A stretch of DNA of 63,970 bases, counting the filler, from Babesia bigemina (lineage: Eukaryota), in the NCBI RefSeq assembly GCF_000981445.1. It is 15 parts of 15 records of this genome, joined end to end, with 100 filler letters (N's around TTAATTAATTAA, not from the genome) between each part and the next. Parts side by side here need not be neighbours in the genome. Positions count along the whole stretch, not along the records: positions 10,650 to 14,872 come from NW_012237063.1; positions 14,973 to 22,012 come from NW_012237064.1; positions 22,113 to 25,894 come from NW_012237065.1; 12 more parts are not named here. One strand, given 5' to 3'. This document shows, one piece after another, positions 11,047-22,130 of the stretch (within the stretch, counting starts at the first letter, position 1; each line of letters starts with the position of its first letter). The translations under genes were made by a program, and so were the position numbers. The notes beneath the pieces are model-generated. The model saw only the letters and a list, made by a program, of their open reading frames with translations. It ran no database searches and was not told where the DNA came from.

Positions 11047-14000
11047 TTGCAGGACATTGACTCCAAGCTCATTAGCCTTGGTCACCTTGCTGGACAGCTT
11101 GGCGGATTTGTTGGTGAGAGTGAGAGTGTTAAGAAAGCCGTTAAGAATGCTATTATCGCTTGTTTCGACACTAATTCAGACCTTAAAAATGACCTAAAAC
11201 ATCTTTACTCTTCTCATGTTACTAACCTTTCTGAGTCTGTCAAGCCTGCTGGCCAGGCTGGTGACACCAAGAAAATTAGTGAGCTTAGTGAAGCAGTTAA
11301 GAAAGAAATTACTGAAACTGAACAGCGTATTAAGAGCCTTAATAACCATCTTACTTCTTCTCCTTCTTCCCCCTCTCCCTCTGCTGACTCAGCCAAATTG
11401 CAGTCCAAGTTGGAGGTTTTGAAGGAAGTGGAGAAGCTTTGTGGATTTTATGATAATGTTAGTAAGTCACCAAATGATCCTAAAAAGCTCTTAGATAACC
11501 TCTGCTCCGGCCTCGAGACCTTCCTCGGCTTCAACTCTGCTTCCAAAGGCTACGATGGCAGTGGCATTGTCTACTCCGACCTTGACAGGCTGTGTGACGG
11601 GGTGATGGGATTTTTGAGTGGTGTGCTTGAGGGGGTGAAAAACGAAAATGAAGTGACAACTTATGATAATTACATCGAAAGTAGTGATAATAAGCTTAAT
11701 AAAGTAATAGAGAAACTAAATAAACAAATTGGCTCCGGGCGTACTGGGCTTGTGGAGTCTGTCGACGCGGTGAAGGGGTGGTTGGAGGGGTATGATAAGA
11801 AATTGAATGAAAAAACTAATAATGTTATAAAAGCTCTGAATGAAATTAAAGAAAACATAAGTGAAACTACAATGCCAAAGCTAATTGGCAATTTCTATAC
11901 AGTTGATAAGGCTGTTTCAACGTTCCTTAAGCATGCTGACGAGAAGGTAAATTGTCTACATGGCAACGGGGAGATCATTAAGGAAATAGATCCGGTGCTT
12001 CAAAGTAAGTTATATCCTGTCATAGACTTGGTTGCGCAAGCTTTGAACAATTTTAAAAAATCGTTTGAGTTCAAGGATCTTCAGAGATTGAACGAGTTGG
12101 CGCAAAGTAAGATGTCGGCCATTGTTGTTAGAGTTGAAAAAATTGTCGCGGCAAAATGTACATGGCTTCAGGAGTATTTAAAGAACAGAATTGGCAGCTT
12201 GCATGGTAAGTTGGAGTTGCTAAAATTAGTAAAATTTAAAGATTTGGAAACGTCCGTATACAAGAATCTTGCTGACGCTTACTTCAAGGTGAGTCATTGG
12301 ATCGATGAGTTTGACGCAAAGTATAATAGTGATATAATTGGGCAGGTTACAAGTATTTTGGAGAGTACAAGATTGCTTAAGGAAAATGTTAGACAAGAGA
12401 AGGAGAAACTGAAAGCGCAGGTGAAAGCTTTCGGAACACAAATAACGACACTCAAAGGGCTGGAAAACGAAATAAAGGGAAAAGTCCCTAAAACGTTGAA
12501 TGAGTACGAGAAGAACATTAATGTTCAATGGTTCATGCAGGACATCAAAACGCTCAAAGAGAAAATTGTAAATGCGATGAAGACGCATGTTGCAACCGAA
12601 ATTCTTACTAAGATTCAGAAGTGCGTTAAGACGATCTCCGGTACGGAAGGAAACAAAGGGCTTACTCAGATTCTTAGTGGAGTAGAACGCTATGCTAAAT
12701 TTTTCGACGAAAATGAGAGCGAAGATAAAAGTACGTTCAAAACAATAGTGAAGGAGTGGATTAACGAGATTCTGAAAGACAATGGGGGAGTCAGTGGTTT
12801 ACGAGCTTATTGGATGAGCAATATTAAAGGGAGAGGTAACTATGACACAGGGGGGACGGATTTGAATACTGCAGTTATGGATAGCATTAATAGCGAGATT
12901 AGCGACTTGATTGTCGAAGCCCAAAAAAAAATTCATGAAACACGCAGTGATGATAATAGCATTGACTCGAATCTCACCGCTGTTCAGATGTGTATTGATA
13001 ACTTTGTAAGAGGGCTTGCGAATAAGATTTCAAATAGAGTTGGTGCCATTGTGGCGAAAATTGAGCAGGATAAAAGATTGAATATAGGCGATACCAGAAG
13101 GGGAGACATTTATAACTCCGATCTGCAATCTGCCGTGAAAAGTATTCTCATTGCTCTCCGCGCAACAGCCAACCAAGTAGGTGTGGAAATCGCCGAACTT
13201 CTTGATACATGGAATTTGGCCAACGTGGAGGCTTCGCACGGAGTGGCTAAGCAGCTTGAAACCGAGCTCGAAGAAGCGACAATAGAGGCATTGTCTTCAG
13301 ATGATGTCCCCCCGGACCCAATGGGCACCAGTCTAAAACAGGGTGTTAAGAAGATTGAGACGCAAATTAGTACTTCAACTGTTACATCTACTTTCGGTAC
13401 TCTTCTCCACGATGCAATTGAAAAAGGTATCGGAAAATTGCAGGATGCCGCCAATTTAATCATAGGTCACGATGGTTTAGAAAGTGAAAATACGCTTGAG
13501 GGGATTAAGACGGCGCTTACGAAGCTTCAAACAAAGCAGCCTGAATACGACACCCATGCACCTGGCGGTACTTCCGACCTCCAAAAAAATGCGGAATCTT
13601 TGTACTCTACCATCGAAGGGTTTTTGAACACGAAGGTTGGAAAATCGGAGGGGGACGGTGAACCGAAAGACGGTACTGTCTACAAAGACCTCAAGACTCT
13701 GCAAGAATATATCAGGGAATTGGGTGAAAAAGCTGACGAGGTAAAAAAGAATGTGTCAGACGTTTTCCAACAACTACAGGAGTGTATTCAAGATGCAAAA
13801 ACCTTGCTTGAGAAAGCTCCGCAAAGGACCCAAAAAATTATGACAGATTTGCGCAATGAAGTAAATTTGAACGTTAAGTCGGCGTTCAGAGAAATTGAAA
13901 AAACAGCGCATACATTGTACAAGGAGAGAAAAGGAGAAGAACTGCAACATTTGCAAAAACTAGTTCAAACACAACATAATGAGATTGAGAAAATAATTCT

Positions 14001-14872
14001 TAACGACGGAGCGAATGGTGTCAAGGGCTTATTGAGTAAACTTACGACATCTCTATCTAGTAAACAAAACGATTTGATATCGAAATCTAAGCAAGGTAAT
14101 GAATTAGCTGATTTCGCTGAGGTAGTAAGACAATGGTTTTACATGTTGATATCGGCGTTACATTACCAAAATGAATTTGCGCCATACGCATCTACCATTT
14201 ACTCTCCCCTAGATATACTGCTATCGGGTATGGTTACGTCTAAGCATTATGACCATATATTCAGTTCGAATCTAACTGAGTTCAAAATGATGGTATCTGA
14301 TCTCAAAGCGGAAACATTTTCAGATGCCCATAAAGCGGTAATGTGGCCAGTTAAAAAGGCTTTCGTTTCTTTCATTAGTCAACTGACGTACGCTTACGTC
14401 AATGCGTATTCCGGTCAGATAGTTGACTGGAGCAAGGAAACCAACCCCAATGGCAGAAATTGTGCCAAAGCTTTCCTGACGCTCCTGGAGACGCTTAATG
14501 AGGACCTCAAGTACTTGAGGGATCAGTGCGATTCGGTATGGTCGTCGAAACAAATTCACTCGGTTAGCAGTCTCGGTGGTTATTTGGAAAGATGCGGTTA
14601 TACCGTATCCAACGTGGATAAGCAGGACGGTGAGTTGAGGCGTAGCGACGACATGAAGGGTAGTAATATTATACAGAAACTTAAGGCTACGCTACAGCAC
14701 GCTGACAAAATTCAGACGCATCTTCAGAAGTGCGAATCGAATGAATTGGTTAAAAAGACTAAAGAGAAGAAACAGGACAACTTCCACATCTTCGACCTAA
14801 TCAATTGCCTTCATCACCACCTGGAGACATACTATTCCATCAATCACATGGCAAACCTTTGCATCGAAAAAA
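11047..14872 (+). CDS. ves1: ves1-like large variant antigen, lacking the ESIDW N-terminal module, 3' cut by the contig end
   Basis: >1,270 aa ORF with ISLGHLAGQLGGF, GIVYSDLDRLCDGVMGFL, a long predicted helical middle, and AYVNAYSG/CAKAFLT/DGEL motifs. Confidence 0.9.
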
Positions 14873-15432
14873 NNNNNNNNNNNNNNNNNNNNNNNNNNNN
14901 NNNNNNNNNNNNNNNNTTAATTAATTAANNNNNNNNNNNNNNNNNNNNNNNNNNNNNNNNNNNNNNNNNNNNCTCGCTAACTCCCACTAGTTCTACATGT
15001 GCTTGTGCAGACCCGATGAGTCAACCACCATGTGGATTATGTTGGGTGTGGAGTCACATGGCGTTCGCTTTCGCAGCGATCACCATCTTACTTCGACCAA
15101 TGTTCACATATCCTAGACGAGGCACAGTACAGGCTATCCTTATGAGCCGACGGCTATGCGATATAGGGCCGGCTTTACATCGGCGCTTCGACTATCCCTC
15201 CAGGCTCCGGTCTGACGATTTTACCGCTGTCCGCCATTATGCTGGTAACTATGCTGTATCGCATGTTACGCTGACCTGACTTTTCCGAGAACGTCGGTAT
15301 TAAACGGCACTTTCCTGCATATATGACTTCCTATAATGCCGTCCACCGGGCATAATACTCGGCTGTTGTATATGAGTGGAGTTATGATCTCCACGTCGCC
15401 TTCTAGATGGAAGCGCTCTCTGTTTCCTGGAC

Positions 15433-18400
15433 TCACAGCGCCCCAATCACACCAAGTGCCCATATGATTCCCAAAGAGTTTATACCAACTTTGGCAACTC
15501 CTGAAGTTAGATCGTGGTGATGTCTAAAGCGTGTGCTTTTCACAGCACCACCGCTGCCTTCTTGTTTAACCGATTCACGTGACGCCTCATCCAATGTTGG
15601 TATACGTGTTTTGATTGATTGGAGTGCTGGTTGTTCTTGTGGTTTAGCTGGTTGTTCTTGTGATTTTCGTGGTTGAGATAGTGCTGGTTGTTCTTGTGGT
15701 TTAGCTGGTTGTTCTTGTGGTTTAGCTGGTTGTTCTTGTGATTTTCGTGGTTGAGATAGTGCTGGTTGTTCTTGTGGTTTTCGTGGTTGAGATAGTGCTG
15801 GTTGTTCTTGTGGTTTAGCTGGTTGTTCTTGTGGTTTAGCTGTTTGTTCTTGTGGTTTAGCTGGTTGAGATAGTGCTGGTTGTTCTTGTGGTTTTCGTGG
15901 TTGAGATAGTGCTGGTTGTTCTTGTGGTTTAGCTGGTTGAGATAGTGCTGGTTGTTCTTGTGGTTTAGCTGGTTGTTCTTGTGGTTTAGCTGGTTGAGAT
16001 AGTGCTGGTTGTTCTTGTGGTTTAGCTGGTTGTTCTTGTGGTTTAGCTGGTTGTTCTTGTGGTTTAGCTGGTTGTTCTTGTGGTTTAGCTGGTTGAGATA
16101 GTGCTGGTTGTTCTTGTGGTTTAGCTGGTTGTTCTTGTGGTTTAGCTGGTTGTTCTTGTGGTTTAGCTGGTTGAGATAGTGCTGGTTGTTCTTGTGGTTT
16201 AGCTGGTTGAGATAGTGCTGGTTGTTCTTGTGGTTTTCGTGGTTGAGATAGTGCTGGTTGTTCTTGTGGTTTAGCTGGTTGAGATAGTGCTGGTTGTTCT
16301 TGTGGTTTAGCTGGTTGTTCTTGTGGTTTAGCTGGTTGAGATAGTGCTGGTTGTTCTTGTGGTTTAGCTGGTTGAGATAGTGCTGGTTGTTCTTGTGGTT
16401 TAGCTGGTTGAGATAGTGCTGGTTGTTCTTGTGGTTTAGCTGGTTGTTCTTGTGGTTTAGCTGGTTGTTCTTGTGGTTTAGCTGGTTGAGATAGTGCTGG
16501 TTGTTCTTGTGGTTTAGCTGGTTGAGATAGTGCTGGTTGTTCTTGTGGTTTAGCTGGTTGAGATAGTGCTGGTTGTTCTTGTGGTTTAGCTGGTTGTTCT
16601 TGTGGTTTAGCTGGTTGAGATAGTGCTGGTTGTTCTTGTGGTTTAGCTGGTTGTTCTTGTGGTTTAGCTGGTTGTTCTTGTGGTTTTCGTGGTTGAGATA
16701 GTGCTGTTTGTTCTTGTGATTTTCGTGGTTGAGATAGTGCTGGTTGTTCTTGTGGTTTTCGTGGTTGAGATAGTGCTGGTTGTTCTTGTGGTTTAGCTGG
16801 TTGAGATAGTGCTGGTTGTTCTTGTGGTTTAGCTGGTTGTTCTTGTGGTTTAGCTGGTTGAGATAGTGCTGGTTGTTCTTGTGGTTTAGCTGGTTGTTCT
16901 TGTGGTTTAGCTGTTTGTTCTTGTGGTTTAGCTGGTTGAGATAGTGCTGGTTGTTCTTGTGGTTTAGCTGGTTGTTCTTGTGGTTTAGCTGTTTGTTCTT
17001 GTGGTTTAGCTGGTTGTTCTTGTGATTTTCGTGGTTGAGATAGTGCTGGTTGTTCTTGTGGTTTAGCTGGTTGAGATAGTGCTGGTTGTTCTTGTGGTTT
17101 AGCTGGTTGTTCTTGTGGTTTAGCTGGTTGTTCTTGTGGTTTAGCTGGTTGTTCTTGTGGTTTAGCTGGTTGTTCTTGTGGTTTAGCTGGTTGTTCTTGT
17201 GGTTTAGCTGGTTGAGATAGTGCTGTTTGTTCTTGTGATTTTCGTGGTTGAGATAGTGCTGGTTGTTCTTGTGGTTTAGCTGGTTGTTCTTGTGGTTTAG
17301 CTGGTTGTTCTTGTGGTTTTCGTGGTTGAGATAGTGCTGTTTGTTCTTGTGATTTTCGTGGTTGAGATAGTGCTGGTTGTTCTTGTGGTTTTCGTGGTTG
17401 AGATAGTGCTGGTTGTTCTTGTGATTTTCGTGGTTGAGATAGTGCTGGTTGTTCTTGTGGTTTAGCTGGTTGTTCTTGTGGTTTAGCTGGTTGAGATAGT
17501 GCTGGTTGTTCTTGTGGTTTTCGTGGTTGAGATAGTGCTGGTTGTTCTTGTGGTTTAGCTGGTTGTTCTTGTGGTTTAGCTGGTTGTTCTTGTGGTTTAG
17601 CTGGTTGTTCTTGTGGTTTAGCTGTTTGTTCTTGTGGTTTAGCTGGTTGAGATAGTGCTGGTTGTTCTTGTGGTTTAGCTGGTTGTTCTTGTGGTTTAGC
17701 TGGTTGTTCTTGTGGTTTAGCTGGTTGAGATAGTGCTGGTTGTTCTTGTGGTTTAGCTGGTTGAGATAGTGCTGGTTGTTCTTGTGGTTTAGCTGGTTGA
17801 GATAGTGCTGGTTGTTCTTGTGGTTTAGCTGGTTGAGATAGTGCTGGTTGTTCTTGTGGTTTAGCTGGTTGTTCTTGTGGTTTAGCTGGTTGAGATAGTG
17901 CTGGTTGTTCTTGTGGTTTTCGTGGTTGAGATAGTGCTGGTTGTTCTTGTGGTTTTCGTGGTTGAGATAGTGCTGGTTGTTCTTGTGGTTTAGCTGGTTG
18001 AGATAGTGCTGGTTGTTCTTGTGGTTTAGCTGGTTGTTCTTGTGGTTTAGCTGGTTGAGATAGTGCTGGTTGTTCTTGTGGTTTAGCTGGTTGTTCTTGT
18101 GGTTTAGCTGGTTGTTCTTGTGGTTTAGCTGGTTGAGATAGTGCTGGTTGTTCTTGTGGTTTAGCTGGTTGAGATAGTGCTGGTTGTTCTTGTGGTTTTC
18201 GTGGTTGAGATAGTGCTGGTTGTTCTTGTGGTTTAGCTGGTTGTTCTTGTGGTTTAGCTGTTTGTTCTTGTGATTTAGCTGGTTGAGATAGCGCTGGTTG
18301 TTCTTGTGGTTTAGCTGGTTGAGATAGTGCTGGTTGTTCTTGTGGTTTAGCTGGTTGTTCTTGTGGTTTAGCTGGTTGAGATAGTGCTGGTTGTTCTTGT

Positions 18401-21306
18401 GGTTTAGCTGGTTGTTCTTGTGGTTTAGCTGGTTGAGATAGTGCTGGTTGTTCTTGTGGTTTAGCTGGTTGAGATAGTGCTGGTTGTTCTTGTGGTTTTC
18501 GTGGTTGAGATAGTGCTGTTTGTTCTTGTGATTTTCGTGGTTGAGATAGTGCTGGTTGTTCTTGTGGTTTAGCTGGTTGAGATAGTGCTGGTTGTTCTTG
18601 TGGTTTAGCTGGTTGAGATAGTGCTGGTTGTTCTTGTGGTTTAGCTGGTTGTTCTTGTGGTTTAGCTGGTTGTTCTTGTGGTTTAGCTGGTTGTTCTTGT
18701 GGTTTAGCTGGTTGTTCTTGTGGTTTAGCTGTTTGTTCTTGTGGTTTAGCTGGTTGAGATAGTGCTGGTTGTTCTTGTGGTTTAGCTGGTTGAGATAGTG
18801 CTGGTTGTTCTTGTGGTTTAGCTGGTTGTTCTTGTGGTTTAGCTGGTTGAGATAGTGCTGGTTGTTCTTGTGGTTTTCGTGGTTGAGATAGTGCTGGTTG
18901 TTCTTGTGGTTTAGCTGGTTGTTCTTGTGGTTTAGCTGGTTGAGATAGTGCTGGTTGTTCTTGTGGTTTAGCTGGTTGTTCTTGTGGTTTAGCTGGTTGA
19001 GATAGTGCTGGTTGTTCTTGTGGTTTAGCTGGTTGAGATAGTGCTGGTTGTTCTTGTGGTTTAGCTGGTTGTTCTTGTGGTTTAGCTGGTTGTTCTTGTG
19101 GTTTAGCTGGTCGTTCTGGTGGTTTAGCTGGTTGTTCTTGTGGTTGAGCTGGTTGTTCTTGTGGTTTAGCTGGTTGTTCTTGTGGTTTAGCTGGTTGTTC
19201 TTGTGGTTTAGCTGGTTGTTCTTGTGGTTTAGCTGGTTGTTCTTGTGGTTTAGCTGGTTGTTCTTGTGGTTTTCGTGGTTGAGATAGTGCTGTTTGTTCT
19301 TGTGATTTTCGTGGTTGAGATAGTGCTGGTTGTTCTTGTGGTTTTCGTGGTTGAGATAGTGCTGGTTGTTCTTGTGATTTTCGTGGTTGAGATAGTGCTG
19401 GTTGTTCTTGTGGTTTAGCTGGTTGTTCTTGTGGTTTAGCTGGTTGAGATAGTGCTGGTTGTTCTTGTGGTTTTCGTGGTTGAGATAGTGCTGGTTGTTC
19501 TTGTGGTTTAGCTGGTTGTTCTTGTGGTTTAGCTGGTTGTTCTTGTGGTTTAGCTGTTTGTTCTTGTGGTTTAGCTGGTTGAGATAGTGCTGGTTGTTCT
19601 TGTGGTTTAGCTGGTTGTTCTTGTGGTTTAGCTGGTTGTTCTTGTGGTTTAGCTGGTTGAGATAGTGCTGGTTGTTCTTGTGGTTTAGCTGGTTGAGATA
19701 GTGCTGGTTGTTCTTGTGGTTTAGCTGGTTGAGATAGTGCTGGTTGTTCTTGTGGTTTAGCTGGTTGAGATAGTGCTGGTTGTTCTTGTGGTTTAGCTGG
19801 TTGTTCTTGTGATTTTCGTGGTTGAGATAGTGCTGGTTGTTCTTGTGGTTTTCGTGGTTGAGATAGTGCTGGTTGTTCTTGTGGTTTAGCTGGTTGAGAT
19901 AGTGCTGGTTGTTCTTGTGGTTTAGCTGTTTGTTCTTGTGGTTGAGCTGGTTGAGATAGTGCTGGTTGTTCTTGTGGTTTTCGTGGTTGAGATAGTGCTG
20001 GTTGTTCTTGTGGTTTTCGTGGTTGAGATAGTGCTGGTTGTTCTTGTGGTTTAGCTGGTTGAGATAGTGCTGGTTGTTCTTGTGGTTTAGCTGGTTGAGA
20101 TAGTGCTGGTTGTTCTTGTGGTTTAGCTGGTTGTTCTTGTGGTTTAGCTGGTTGAGATAGTGCTGGTTGTTCTTGTGGTTTAGCTGGTTGAGATAGTGCT
20201 GGTTGTTCTTGTGGTTTTCGTGGTTGAGATAGTGCTGGTTGTTCTTGTGGTTTAGCTGGTTGTTCTTGTGGTTTAGCTGTTTGTTCTTGTGGTTTAGCTG
20301 TTTGTTCTTGTGGTTTAGCTGGTTGTTCTTGTGGTTTAGCTGGTTGAGATAGTGCTGGTTGTTCTTGTGGTTTTCGTGGTTGAGATAGTGCTGGTTGTTC
20401 TTGTGGTTTAGCTGGTTGAGATAGTGCTGGTTGTTCTTGTGGTTTAGCTGGTTGTTCTTGTGGTTTAGCTGGTTGAGATAGTGCTGGTTGTTCTTGTGGT
20501 TTAGCTGGTTGTTCTTGTGGTTTAGCTGGTTGAGATAGTGCTGGTTGTTCTTGTGGTTTAGCTGGTTGAGATAGTGCTGGTTGTTCTTGTGGTTTAGCTG
20601 TTTGTTCTTGTGGTTTAGCTGGTTGAGATAGTGCTGGTTGTTCTTGTGGTTTTCGTGGTTGAGATAGTGCTGGTTGTTCTTGTGGTTTTCGTGGTTGAGA
20701 TAGTGCTGGTTGTTCTTGTGGTTTAGCTGGTTGAGATAGTGCTGGTTGTTCTTGTGGTTTAGCTGGTTGAGATAGTGCTGGTTGTTCTTGTGGTTTAGCT
20801 GGTTGAGATAGTGCTGGTTGTTCTTGTGATTTAGCTGGTTGAGCTTGTGCTGGTGGTGCTTGTGATTGTGCTGGTTGTGCTTGTGCTTGTGCTGCTTGTG
20901 CTTGTGCTGGATCTGCTTGTGCTTGTGCTGGTTGTGCTTGTGCTTGAGCTGGTTGTGCTTGTGCTGGTTGTGCTTGTGCTTGTGCTGGTTGTGCTTGTGC
21001 TGGTTCTGCTTGTGCTTGTGCTGGTTGTGCTTGTGCTTGTCCTGCTTGTGCTTGTGCTGGTTGTGCTTGTGCTTGTGCTGGTTGTGCTTGTGCTTGTTGT
21101 GCTTGTGCTTGTGCTGCTTGTGCTTGTGCTTGTTCTGCTTGTGCTTGTGCTGGTTGTGCTTGTGCTTGTGCTGCTTGTGCTTGTGCTTGTTGTGCTTGTG
21201 CTTGTGCTGGTTGTGATTGTGCTTGTTCTGCTTGTGCTTGAGCTGGTTGTGCTTGTGCTTGTACTTGCTCTGCTTGTGCTCCTTGTGCTTGTGCTTGATC
21301 TACCAG
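15433..21306 (-). CDS. Giant repetitive, probably GPI-anchored surface protein (AQ-rich block, PAKPQEQ/PALSQ repeats, hydrophobic C-terminus); 5' end missing
   Basis: Repeat units are 21 or 15 bp and the frame at 21304-21306 equals the frame at 15601. The frame continues through unique sequence to LTSGVAKVGINSLGIIWALGVIGAL*, with the stop at 15433-15435. Confidence 0.8.
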   Translation of the reverse strand: MVDQAQAQGAQAEQVQAQAQPAQAQAEQAQSQPAQAQAQQAQAQAAQAQAQPAQAQAEQAQAQAAQAQAQQAQAQPAQAQAQPAQAQAGQAQAQPAQAQAEPAQAQPAQAQAQPAQAQPAQAQAQPAQAQADPAQAQAAQAQAQPAQSQAPPAQAQPAKSQEQPALSQPAKPQEQPALSQPAKPQEQPALSQPAKPQEQPALSQPRKPQEQPALSQPRKPQEQPALSQPAKPQEQTAKPQEQPALSQPAKPQEQPALSQPAKPQEQPAKPQEQPALSQPAKPQEQPAKPQEQPALSQPAKPQEQPALSQPRKPQEQPALSQPAKPQEQPAKPQEQTAKPQEQTAKPQEQPAKPQEQPALSQPRKPQEQPALSQPAKPQEQPALSQPAKPQEQPAKPQEQPALSQPAKPQEQPALSQPAKPQEQPALSQPRKPQEQPALSQPRKPQEQPALSQPAQPQEQTAKPQEQPALSQPAKPQEQPALSQPRKPQEQPALSQPRKSQEQPAKPQEQPALSQPAKPQEQPALSQPAKPQEQPALSQPAKPQEQPALSQPAKPQEQPAKPQEQPAKPQEQPALSQPAKPQEQTAKPQEQPAKPQEQPAKPQEQPALSQPRKPQEQPALSQPAKPQEQPAKPQEQPALSQPRKSQEQPALSQPRKPQEQPALSQPRKSQEQTALSQPRKPQEQPAKPQEQPAKPQEQPAKPQEQPAKPQEQPAKPQEQPAQPQEQPAKPPERPAKPQEQPAKPQEQPAKPQEQPALSQPAKPQEQPALSQPAKPQEQPAKPQEQPALSQPAKPQEQPAKPQEQPALSQPRKPQEQPALSQPAKPQEQPAKPQEQPALSQPAKPQEQPALSQPAKPQEQTAKPQEQPAKPQEQPAKPQEQPAKPQEQPAKPQEQPALSQPAKPQEQPALSQPAKPQEQPALSQPRKSQEQTALSQPRKPQEQPALSQPAKPQEQPALSQPAKPQEQPAKPQEQPALSQPAKPQEQPAKPQEQPALSQPAKPQEQPALSQPAKSQEQTAKPQEQPAKPQEQPALSQPRKPQEQPALSQPAKPQEQPALSQPAKPQEQPAKPQEQPAKPQEQPALSQPAKPQEQPAKPQEQPALSQPAKPQEQPALSQPRKPQEQPALSQPRKPQEQPALSQPAKPQEQPAKPQEQPALSQPAKPQEQPALSQPAKPQEQPALSQPAKPQEQPALSQPAKPQEQPAKPQEQPAKPQEQPALSQPAKPQEQTAKPQEQPAKPQEQPAKPQEQPAKPQEQPALSQPRKPQEQPALSQPAKPQEQPAKPQEQPALSQPRKSQEQPALSQPRKPQEQPALSQPRKSQEQTALSQPRKPQEQPAKPQEQPAKPQEQPALSQPRKSQEQTALSQPAKPQEQPAKPQEQPAKPQEQPAKPQEQPAKPQEQPAKPQEQPALSQPAKPQEQPALSQPRKSQEQPAKPQEQTAKPQEQPAKPQEQPALSQPAKPQEQTAKPQEQPAKPQEQPALSQPAKPQEQPAKPQEQPALSQPAKPQEQPALSQPRKPQEQPALSQPRKSQEQTALSQPRKPQEQPAKPQEQPAKPQEQPALSQPAKPQEQPAKPQEQPALSQPAKPQEQPALSQPAKPQEQPALSQPAKPQEQPAKPQEQPAKPQEQPALSQPAKPQEQPALSQPAKPQEQPALSQPAKPQEQPAKPQEQPALSQPAKPQEQPALSQPRKPQEQPALSQPAKPQEQPALSQPAKPQEQPAKPQEQPAKPQEQPALSQPAKPQEQPAKPQEQPAKPQEQPAKPQEQPALSQPAKPQEQPAKPQEQPALSQPAKPQEQPALSQPRKPQEQPALSQPAKPQEQTAKPQEQPAKPQEQPALSQPRKPQEQPALSQPRKSQEQPAKPQEQPAKPQEQPALSQPRKSQEQPAKPQEQPALQSIKTRIPTLDEASRESVKQEGSGGAVKSTRFRHHHDLTSGVAKVGINSLGIIWALGVIGAL
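15624..20840 (+). repeat. Compound coding minisatellite (21-bp GCTGGTTGTTCTTGTGGTTTA interspersed with 15-bp GCTGGTTGAGATAGT)
   Basis: Directly visible over ~5.2 kb. Confidence 0.97.
20841..21297 (+). repeat. GTGCTT-based 6/15-bp repeat (AQ/AQP on the minus strand)
   Basis: Directly visible. Confidence 0.93.
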
Positions 21307-22130
21307 TCATGACCTTGATGCTCTGCTCCTATGCCCTCATCAGACTCCGCTAAAGCTCCTTCCAACTCCCCCTAACCCTCATTATGTACCCCCCTATTCC
21401 TACTCAACTTTCTCCCCCCTAAACACCTAACCCTTAACCACCCCTTACATAACCCCACACTCTTTTCCACCCTAATATTCACCACCCAACCTCCTACCTT
21501 ATACACTATGTACCCTCCCACTCTCCGCCCTCTTCCTAATCTACTTAATTCTTAAATTTACATCTCATCACCCTTCCCACACTCTCCCCCTCCCCCCACC
21601 ACCTTTAAGAACACATACACCAACATCCACTACTCAACAATACTCCACATTCCCCACACGCATCTTCAACCACCCACACTCTTTACTAACAATTCACCTC
21701 TCTTCCCCCCACTGTCTACACTCTTATTCTATTTTTCATTCCCCCCCCCTCTTAACACTAATTTACTCCAACACTTTTACCTCCCCCATCTCCCCCCCTC
21801 TCACCAACATATTAACACCTCCCTTCGCTCTTCCAATACTGCTCTCCACCCCTTACTCTCATCACTTACTCACAACTTCATTTCACACTTCCCTCCCCCT
21901 CCCATAAAAATTACTAAACTCTCACTAACACATACCAACCTACCACAATTTACACCTCAACTCACCCTACATATAACATCTTATCCCGCCCAAAAACACA
22001 ACACCAACAAAANNNNNNNNNNNNNNNNNNNNNNNNNNNNNNNNNNNNNNNNNNNNTTAATTAATTAANNNNNNNNNNNNNNNNNNNNNNNNNNNNNNNN
22101 NNNNNNNNNNNNCGATTGAGATTGTCTGAC

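Noticed and set aside
11047..14872. Ebh-like, myosin-like or SMC-like identity for the long helical ORFs
   Set aside because: This is generic coiled-coil similarity. The family-specific motifs and tail indicate ves1-like antigens.
14973..15432. Short ORFs 15016..15279 and 15266..15463
   Set aside because: No recognisable motifs; more likely the 3' flank of the repetitive gene.
20831..21353. Ser/Thr mucin-like, poly-VL and poly-CL ORFs
   Set aside because: Shadow frames. Only the AQ frame continues through the 5-kb array to a sensible C-terminus.
21360..22012. Extremely G-poor, C/A/T-rich tract
   Set aside because: It lies at a contig end with no periodicity and looks like low-quality trace. 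It probably hides the 5' part of the repetitive gene.
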